A program made the position numbers and the translations under genes. The notes beneath the pieces were generated by a model. That model saw only the letters and a list, made by a program, of their open reading frames with translations. It had not been told where the DNA came from and did not search any database. Below are positions 46,977-53,783 of a DNA stretch of 64,000 bases, piece by piece. Each line of letters opens with the position of its first letter. Within the stretch, counting starts at the first letter, position 1. The stretch is from assembly GCA_041661925.1 (NCBI GenBank), contig JBAZTM010000008.1, forward strand, positions 1,128 to 65,127, written 5' to 3'. The stretch is from Gemmatimonadaceae bacterium (GTDB lineage Bacteria > Gemmatimonadota > Gemmatimonadetes > Gemmatimonadales > Gemmatimonadaceae).

Positions 46977-48473
46977 ATGCCCTCTGATTCAAATTTCGAC
47001 GAACTCGAACTCCTCATCCGCGCCAAGTACGCGCTGATCGTCCTCGACACCGTCGAGGTCGAACGCGCGGAGCAGGGGCTCGCGCTCTCGTCGTCGCGCC
47101 TCAACCTGCTGTACTTCTCGTGGAGCCGGTCCCGCGGACTGCGGCGCGGGGTGCTGAGTTCCGACCCGGTGATGTCCAACACGGAGGAGCCGGCCAAGGC
47201 GCTGGCGGCCGTGGTTGAGGAGGGCGCCGGTCTCTTTCACTTTCGCGGCCTTGGCGCGCACCTCGATGACCCGGCCGTCGTGAGCTACGTGCTGGATGTG
47301 GTGCAACAGTTCAATACGCGACGCGGCGCGCTGGTACTCACGGGCCACAACATCCGGCTCCCCGACGCACTGCGGCCGCACGCCACGGTCATCCGGCTCG
47401 CCGGCGCCTCGTTCGACGACTACCGCCTGCTGCTCGAGCGCCTCATTCGCGAGTACTCGGCCAAGATGCCGGTGAAGGTGGAACTGACGCACGAGGACCG
47501 CATGCGCCTCGTAAACAACCTCACCGGATTGTCGGTCACCGAGGCAGAGAAGATCATCACGCGCCTGATTGTCGAGGATGGCGCGCTGCGCGCGCCCGAC
47601 ATCGAGCGTGTGAACTCCGCCAAGCGGCAGATCGTGGAGCAGGACGGCCTGCTCGAGTTCTATCCGCACACCGAGGGGATGGACCAGGTGGCGGGGCTCG
47701 GCGGCCTCAAGAGTTGGCTCACGCGCCGGCGCGCGGTGGTGACCGACCCGCGCCGCGCCGAGGAGTTCGGGCTGGGCTTCCCCAAGGGCGTGCTCCTGCT
47801 CGGCGTGCCGGGGTGCGGCAAGAGCCTCTGCGCCAAATCGGTGGCGCACGAGTGGGGGCTGCCGCTGCTCAAGCTCGATCCGTCGAACCTCTACGACAAG
47901 TACGTGGGCGAGAGCGAACACAACTTCAAGCGTGCCATGATGACGGCAGAGCGTCTCGCGCCCATCGTGCTCTGGATCGACGAACTCGAGAAAGCCTTCG
48001 CGTCGGCGAGCGCCGACGCCGACGGCGGCGTGTCGCACCGCATCTTTGGCACGTTCCTCAGCTGGCTGCAGGATCGCCGCGGTGACGTCTTTGTGGTCGC
48101 GACGTCCAACGACGTGGCCAAACTGCCGCCCGAGTTCATTCGCAAGGGCCGTTTCGACGAGATCTTCTTCGTGGACCTTCCCGGCGACGCGGCGCGAGCG
48201 GAGATCCTGCGCATCCACCTGCGCAAGCGGAAGCAGGATCCCGCGACGCTGGACCTCGATGACCTCGTGACCGCAACGAAGGGCTTCAGCGGCGCCGAGA
48301 TCGAGGAGAGCATCGTGAGCGCGATGTACGCAGCGTTCGCCAACAGCACGCCGCTCGACACGGACGCACTGCTTACCGAGATCTCGGCGACGCGTCCGTT
48401 GTCAAAGACGATGCCAGAGCGTCTGGATGCGCTGAGGCGGTGGGCGTCGCATCGGACGGTCGCGGCGGACTAA
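46977..48473 (+). CDS. AAA+ ATPase (degenerate N-terminal domain plus an active classical-clade AAA module)
   Basis: Walker A GVPGCGKS, Walker B IVLWIDELEKA, ATSN (sensor 1) and the second region of homology. The start is set at MPSDSNFDELELLI. Confidence 0.9.
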   Translation: MPSDSNFDELELLIRAKYALIVLDTVEVERAEQGLALSSSRLNLLYFSWSRSRGLRRGVLSSDPVMSNTEEPAKALAAVVEEGAGLFHFRGLGAHLDDPAVVSYVLDVVQQFNTRRGALVLTGHNIRLPDALRPHATVIRLAGASFDDYRLLLERLIREYSAKMPVKVELTHEDRMRLVNNLTGLSVTEAEKIITRLIVEDGALRAPDIERVNSAKRQIVEQDGLLEFYPHTEGMDQVAGLGGLKSWLTRRRAVVTDPRRAEEFGLGFPKGVLLLGVPGCGKSLCAKSVAHEWGLPLLKLDPSNLYDKYVGESEHNFKRAMMTAERLAPIVLWIDELEKAFASASADADGGVSHRIFGTFLSWLQDRRGDVFVVATSNDVAKLPPEFIRKGRFDEIFFVDLPGDAARAEILRIHLRKRKQDPATLDLDDLVTATKGFSGAEIEESIVSAMYAAFANSTPLDTDALLTEISATRPLSKTMPERLDALRRWASHRTVAAD

Positions 48474-48475
48474 AC

Positions 48476-48617
48476 AGGAGGGGGAGGAGTACAGCGGCTT
48501 AGTAGGAGGGAGGAGTGGAGAGAAGAGTGAGGGGGAGGAGGCGCTCGATGGCCTCCTCCCCCTCTCTCCGCGCTCCACTCCTCCCTCCTTCTACACCCCT
48601 GCACTCCTCCTCACACC
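48476..48617. repeat. Composite inverted repeat (type-2 unit facing an inverted type-1 unit) forming a long hairpin; a bidirectional terminator between convergent genes
   Basis: There are two perfect stems: 12 bp (48531-48542 with 48551-48562) and 16 bp (48505-48520 with 48573-48588), separated by a 10-nt internal loop. Confidence 0.85.
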
Positions 48618-50291
48618 CTAGGCGAGGATCATCACCCAGATCCCAACTAGGCTCGCCAGCACAATCGAGTGCCAGAAGATCCGCCGCAGGATCAGCCCCT
48701 CGTGTCCGACAAAGCCTGTGGCGGCGCCAGCGACGACAATGCTCTGCGCATCAATCATCTTGCCCATCACGCCGCCGGCGCTGTTGGCTGCCGCCATCAG
48801 CACGGTGCTGACGCCCACCTGTGTGGCGGTGAGCACCTGCAGAGAACCGAACAGCACGTTGCTCGACGTGTCGCTTCCCGTGAGCGCGACGCCGAGCCAG
48901 CCGAGCATCGTGCCGAAATACGGATAGGCGCGGCCGGTCTGTGCGAAGGCGAGGCCGAGGATGGCGTCGAGGCCGGAGTAGCGCATGACGAAGCCGATGC
49001 CGAACATTGCCGCGATGGTGAGGAGCGGGATGCGCGCGCGGTTCAGCGCGTCGACGTAGGCTCCCATGATGCTCCGGCGTCCGGCGCGCATCGCGAGGCC
49101 GGCGACGAGGCCGGCGAGGAGAATGGCCGTGCCGGTGGCTGACAGCCAGTTGAGCGTGAAAATCGCCGCCTCGGGTTTGGCGACGGCGACCACTGGCGGC
49201 GTGCGTTCGACGAGGTTGTGCAGTCCGGGCACCTGGAAGGTGGGTGCCGAGAGCGCGTTGAGGCCGTTCTTCACCGCCGGCACGCCCCACGCAAAGACGA
49301 AGACGGCGAGGATGAGCCAGGGGAGCCACGCCTTCATCACGTCGATCACCGGCGCCGTTCTCGTCTGGTGAGGCTCGGCGGCAAACGTTGCCGCGGTCGC
49401 CGCCTCAGCATGGGCCTCGAGGTCCTTCGGCTGCCACACCTTCAGGAAGAGGCCCAGCGCCGCCATCGAACAGATCGCCGCGACGATATCCACCAGCCAC
49501 GGTCCGTGGTAGGTCGCCATCAGATACTGCGGCACCGCAAAGGAGCCGCCGGCGACGAGCAGCGCCGGCCAGACGGCGAAGGTGCGCCGGATACCGCAGT
49601 GGGCGGCGACGAGCCAGAACGGCACGATCACGCTGAACGGCGGAAGCAGGCGGCCGACCATGGCCGACAGTTCGTGCACGTCGAGCCCCGTGACGCCGCT
49701 GAGGGCGATGATGGGCGTGCCGAGCGCGCCGAAGGCGACCGGCGCGGTGTTGGCGAGGAGTGAGAGTACGGCGCTCTCGAGCGGCGCGAAGCCGAGTCCC
49801 ACGAGCAGCGCGGACGTGATGGCGACCGGCGTGCCGAACCCGGCCGCTCCCTCGAAAAAGGCGCCGAGCGAGAAGGCGACGAGCACGAGCTGCATGCGCC
49901 GGTCGGCGGTCACATCGGCGATGTGCTCACGCAGCGCGTCGAAGGCGCCGTGATCGACCGCGAGGCGATACAGGAAGAGGACGTTGACGAGGATCCAGCC
50001 GATCGGGAATAGACCGTACGCGGCCCCGAGGCCGGCGGCGGCCGCAGCAGATGCCGCCGGCATACCCGATGCGGCGATGGCGATGACCAGGGCGGAGCCG
50101 AGCCCGAGCAGAGCGGCCCAGTGTGCCTTCACCTTGTGCGAAGCGAGCGCCCCGAGGAGCAGTACCACGGGCAGCGCGGCGACCAGCGTCGAGAGCAGCG
50201 CGCTGCCGAGCGGATTGTAGGGTTGCGGCCAGGTCACCGTGGGGAGGGTTGGAGAAGGCCCAACGATGGCGACCGAGGGAAGGTCCTGCAA
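48618..50291 (-). CDS. L-lactate permease (LctP family)
   Basis: 557 aa. The N-terminus (WPQPYNPLGSALLSTLVAALPVV) is typical of LctP/LldP, and the protein is polytopic. Confidence 0.9.
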   Translation of the reverse strand: MQDLPSVAIVGPSPTLPTVTWPQPYNPLGSALLSTLVAALPVVLLLGALASHKVKAHWAALLGLGSALVIAIAASGMPAASAAAAAGLGAAYGLFPIGWILVNVLFLYRLAVDHGAFDALREHIADVTADRRMQLVLVAFSLGAFFEGAAGFGTPVAITSALLVGLGFAPLESAVLSLLANTAPVAFGALGTPIIALSGVTGLDVHELSAMVGRLLPPFSVIVPFWLVAAHCGIRRTFAVWPALLVAGGSFAVPQYLMATYHGPWLVDIVAAICSMAALGLFLKVWQPKDLEAHAEAATAATFAAEPHQTRTAPVIDVMKAWLPWLILAVFVFAWGVPAVKNGLNALSAPTFQVPGLHNLVERTPPVVAVAKPEAAIFTLNWLSATGTAILLAGLVAGLAMRAGRRSIMGAYVDALNRARIPLLTIAAMFGIGFVMRYSGLDAILGLAFAQTGRAYPYFGTMLGWLGVALTGSDTSSNVLFGSLQVLTATQVGVSTVLMAAANSAGGVMGKMIDAQSIVVAGAATGFVGHEGLILRRIFWHSIVLASLVGIWVMILA

Positions 50292-50445
50292 TGGCGACGC
50301 CGGCTCGCGCCGGACGCCACGACCGCGGGGCCCCGTGGCAGAACGCGTCGAGGCGGGGTATAGTCTAGGCGGTCAGCGATCGACTGTGCTCGGTCGTGCT
50401 CGCATCAGGTTGCCGCCATCACACCCGACGAGGAACGAATTCATC

Positions 50446-50838
50446 ATGAAGATCCGCCTGCTTGCCGCGCTCGCGCTCGCCTTTCTGCTCCCCGCCGCCG
50501 CCGGCGCGCAGGAGGAGGTAAAGCCCGCGACCCCCGCCATTGATCCGGTGGGCAAGTACGCCGTTCAGGCGGTCGTGCAGGGGCAGGCCATGGACTTCGA
50601 GATGGTGATCGAGAAGAAGGATGACGGCACGTACGGCGGCAAGCTGGCGAACCCGAACATCGGTGAGTCCCTCATCGCGTCGCTCAAGGTCGAAGGGCGG
50701 ACGATGAAGATGGTGCTGTCCACGCCGCAGGGCACCGAGGCGGTGGCCGAGGTGACGATGGCCGAGGACGGCACGCTTGACGGCTCGTGGTCGATGCAGG
50801 GCGACGGCGGCAAAATGACGGGCAAGAAACTTCCGTAG
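50446..50838 (+). CDS. Small secreted hypothetical protein
   Basis: Signal peptide (MKIRLLAALALAFLLPAAAGAQ) and a 130-aa beta-rich sequence. No family recognised. Confidence 0.6.
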   Translation: MKIRLLAALALAFLLPAAAGAQEEVKPATPAIDPVGKYAVQAVVQGQAMDFEMVIEKKDDGTYGGKLANPNIGESLIASLKVEGRTMKMVLSTPQGTEAVAEVTMAEDGTLDGSWSMQGDGGKMTGKKLP

Positions 50839-50964
50839 GGAGTTTCTTGCCAGAGTACGACGGAATCCGACGGAGTACCACAGAATGCGGCAGCGGCCCG
50901 GGAGCGAGAACTCGCCCTCGGGCCGCTGTGATTGCACTGCCTCACTCCGTCGTATTCTGTCGCA
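50821..50964. repeat. Nested inverted repeats and terminator hairpins between convergent genes
   Basis: An 11-bp perfect hairpin (GGCAAGAAACT/AGTTTCTTGCC, 50821-50851) spans the stop codon. A 9-bp hairpin (CAGCGGCCC/GGGCCGCTG, 50891-50928) follows. Both are flanked by inverted CGACGGA-type arms (50856-50877 and 50943-50964). Confidence 0.7.
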
Positions 50965-50971
50965 CTCTGTC

Positions 50972-52783
50972 TTACTCCTGCCGAGCTATCTCTTCTCCCG
51001 GATTGATAAACTGATCCATCTCCGTCCGGTATTGCGTGTCGTAGAGCTGCTTGTAGCGCCCGCCAAGGGCGAGGAGCTGCTGATGCGTGCCGCGCTCGAC
51101 GATCTCGCCATGCTCGAGCACCAGGATCTGGTCGGAGCTCTGGATGGTGCTGAGCCGGTGCGCGATCACGAAGGTGGTGCGCCCGCTGCGGAGCGCGCGG
51201 AGCCCTTCCTTGATCTGCTGCTCGCTCTCGCTGTCGAGGCTCGACGTGGCCTCGTCGAGCAGGAGAATGCGCGGGTCGCTGAGGATGGCGCGCGCGATGG
51301 CCACACGCTGCCGCTGGCCGCCTGACAGTTTGACGCCGCGCTCGCCGACCACGGTGTCATAGCCGTCCGGGAACTGGCGCACGAATTCCTCGCAGTGCGC
51401 CACGCGCGCGGCCGCGAGCACCTCGTCCTTCGTCGCGCCGGGCTTGGAGAAGGCGATGTTGTCGAGCACGGTGCCGTCAAACAGGAAATTGTCCTGCAAC
51501 ACGACGCCGAGATTGGCGCGATAGTCGCGGAGTCGCAGCGTCGTGAGGTCGCGGCCGTCCACGAGGATGCGCCCACCCTTGGGACGCGCGAAGGCCATGA
51601 TCAACGAGATCAGCGTGCTCTTGCCCGAGCCGCTCGACCCGACGAGCGCCGTCGTGGTGCCAGCCGGTGCATGAAACGACACGCCCTGAAGCACCGGGAC
51701 GCCCGCGCGGTACTCGAAGTTCACCGCGTCGAACGTGATCTCGCCGCGCAGTCCCGTCACGCGCTCGTGCGACGCGTCGTGCTCATCCTCGGTGGGCGTC
51801 TGCATGATCTCGCGGATGCGGTCGAGTCCCGCGAATGCCTCGGTGATCTGCGTACCGATGCTCGCGATCTGCACCACGGGGAACGCCACCAGCACCACCA
51901 TGAACACGTACATGAACAGGTCGCCGATGGTCATCTGCTGGTGCAGGATTGCCCGTCCGCCGAACACGATGAGCACCACGTAGATCGCGCCAATCACCAC
52001 GGTGCTCAGCGCGCCAATCGCCGAGGTGCCGGTGATCGTCTTGGCGATGTTCCGGAAGAGCCGGTGGGCGCCGAGGGTGAAGACTTTCTCCTCGCGCTTT
52101 TCCGCGGTGTAGACCTTCACTACGCGCGCGCCGCCGAACGTCTGGCCGAGCCGCCCGCTGACCTCGGCCGAGATGACGCTCCGCTCACGGAAGACCGGCC
52201 GCAGTGTCATGAATGCGTACGCCATGCCCGCGCCGAAGATGGCGAGGAAGAGCAGCGTCGCCACCGTCATCTGCCAGTTCAGGTAGAAGAGCACGCCGAG
52301 CGCCAGCACGGCGGTCAGCACGCCGCCGACCAGCTGGATGATGCCCGTGCCGATGAGGTTCCGGATCCCTTCGGCGTCGTTCATGACGCGGTTGATCAGC
52401 ACGCCGCTCTGCGTCTCGTCGAAGAACGCGACCGGCAGCCGTAGCAGGCGGGCGTGCACCCGCCGGCGCAGCTCGGTGATCGCGCGCTGGCCGGCCACGC
52501 TGATGACCTGCGAGAGTGCAAACGACGTGGCCGCCTGCACCAGCGCGGCGCCGCCCACCGCGAGTGCGAGCGGCCACAGCAGGTCGTACCGGCTCTTGCC
52601 GACGACGTCGTCCATCAGCCACTTGGTGCTGGCGGGACCGACGAACCCGGCCGCGCGGCTCAACAGCATCAGCGCGAAGCCGATGGCGAGCGTGCGGCGG
52701 TGCGTCCACATCAGGGCCTTGGTCTCGGCCCAGGCCTGCCTGTAATCGATCTTCTTCTTGGCGGGCGGCGTTGCAGCCGTCAT
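50972..52783 (-). CDS. ABC exporter, fused TMD-NBD (MsbA/multidrug type)
   Basis: Six TM segments, GSSGSGKST, LSGGQRQRVAIARAIL and LLLDEATS. Confidence 0.9.
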   Translation of the reverse strand: MTAATPPAKKKIDYRQAWAETKALMWTHRRTLAIGFALMLLSRAAGFVGPASTKWLMDDVVGKSRYDLLWPLALAVGGAALVQAATSFALSQVISVAGQRAITELRRRVHARLLRLPVAFFDETQSGVLINRVMNDAEGIRNLIGTGIIQLVGGVLTAVLALGVLFYLNWQMTVATLLFLAIFGAGMAYAFMTLRPVFRERSVISAEVSGRLGQTFGGARVVKVYTAEKREEKVFTLGAHRLFRNIAKTITGTSAIGALSTVVIGAIYVVLIVFGGRAILHQQMTIGDLFMYVFMVVLVAFPVVQIASIGTQITEAFAGLDRIREIMQTPTEDEHDASHERVTGLRGEITFDAVNFEYRAGVPVLQGVSFHAPAGTTTALVGSSGSGKSTLISLIMAFARPKGGRILVDGRDLTTLRLRDYRANLGVVLQDNFLFDGTVLDNIAFSKPGATKDEVLAAARVAHCEEFVRQFPDGYDTVVGERGVKLSGGQRQRVAIARAILSDPRILLLDEATSSLDSESEQQIKEGLRALRSGRTTFVIAHRLSTIQSSDQILVLEHGEIVERGTHQQLLALGGRYKQLYDTQYRTEMDQFINPGEEIARQE

Positions 52784-53586
52784 CGGGACTCCGCGGGGGG
52801 AGATTCACCGGGAGCGCGCCCGAGCAGCGCGAGCATCGTTCCCGGATCATCGGAAAGTATCGCGTTGACCCCACCATCCCATAGGCGCCGGGCGACCCGC
52901 GGGTCATTGATGGTCCAGCAGTGGGTCGGGATTCCGCGCTTCCGCAGCATACGGGCGAAGCGGAGCACCGGGACTCGGAGGAGCTTCCACGTGGGCGGAA
53001 CGCTGCACGCCTGGTACGTCACGGTGCCGGCGCCGAGCGGCGTGAACGAGCGAAAGAAGAGCTGCGTGATGGCAGGCTTCGACGCGGTGATGTGGAAGCC
53101 GCGCCCTTCCATGCGTGCATGCACCTCGTCACTGAAGCTGCCCACGAGCACCCGATCCCTGGCGTGGTGCTGCTCGACGGCGCGCATGAACGGCTCGGTG
53201 GCCTCCAGGGCCTTGAGCTCGATGATGCACGGAACGCCCGGAAAGGACTCAAGCGCTTCGTCGAGTGTGGGGATCCGAATCCCCCGGCCGCGATACGGAT
53301 AGGTGCGGCCGCCGTCGCGCGTGAAGCGATACCCCGCGTCGAGGGTGCGAAGCTCCGCGAGCGAGCGCGCCGCCACCGGTCCGGTGCCGTCAGTGGTGCG
53401 GTCGAGCGTCGGGTCGTGGATGATCACGGGAACGCCATCGGCGCTCAACCGGACGTCGAACTCGAGCCCGTCGGCGCCCAGCGCCATCCCCTGACGCAGC
53501 GATTCCAGGGTGTCCTCGGGGGCGTGCATGGAATTGCCGCGATGGGCAATGACCAGGCGCTTGGTGGGGTCGAGGAGTGCGAACAT
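52780..53586 (-). CDS. Glycerophosphodiester phosphodiesterase
   Basis: VIAHRGNS...PEDTLESL...GADGLEFDVRLSADGVPVIIHDPTLDRTT. It overlaps the downstream ABC gene by 4 nt. Confidence 0.9.
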   Translation of the reverse strand: MFALLDPTKRLVIAHRGNSMHAPEDTLESLRQGMALGADGLEFDVRLSADGVPVIIHDPTLDRTTDGTGPVAARSLAELRTLDAGYRFTRDGGRTYPYRGRGIRIPTLDEALESFPGVPCIIELKALEATEPFMRAVEQHHARDRVLVGSFSDEVHARMEGRGFHITASKPAITQLFFRSFTPLGAGTVTYQACSVPPTWKLLRVPVLRFARMLRKRGIPTHCWTINDPRVARRLWDGGVNAILSDDPGTMLALLGRAPGESPPAESR

Positions 53587-53610
53587 GCCCTGAAGCTAGC
53601 CGGAAGACGG

Positions 53611-53695
53611 AAAGGGTACAGAGTGTGGTGCCGGGGCATGGTACACGGTGAGGTGCACGGGACAGGGAACAGGGTGTGGTGCGGCGGAGGGAAAA
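53611..53695 (+). repeat. G-rich dispersed repeat (two GGGWACAGRGTGYGGTG units)
   Basis: GGGTACAGAGTGTGGTGCC...GGGAACAGGGTGTGGTGCGGCGGAGGG. The same units occur at 57806-57868. Confidence 0.7.
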
Positions 53696-53724
53696 ACAGA
53701 ACGGCGGAGCATCTCTGCTCCGCC
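53689..53724 (-). terminator. Rho-independent terminator of the TonB-dependent receptor gene
   Basis: On the minus strand, GGCGGAGCA-GAGA-TGCTCCGCC is followed by GTTCTGTTTTT. Confidence 0.75.
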
Positions 53725-53738
53725 GCCCAGTTGTACGT

Positions 53739-53782
53739 CTGTTGTCTCTCTGTTGTTTCTCTGTTGTCTCTCTGTTGTTTCT
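53739..53782. repeat. Tandem repeat, 2 x 22 nt (or 4 x 11 nt alternating)
   Basis: CTGTTGTCTCTCTGTTGTTTCT occurs twice, immediately 3' of the receptor stop codon. Confidence 0.85.
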
Positions 53783-53783
53783 C

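Noticed and set aside
44759-47197. 812-aa ORF suggesting a giant fusion protein.
   Set aside because: Only the C-terminal 401 aa (from MSQVFTPQ, 45964) look like a protein, namely an MFS transporter. The upstream part is R/P/A-rich, overlaps the GspF-like gene in another frame, and runs through the G-rich repeat.
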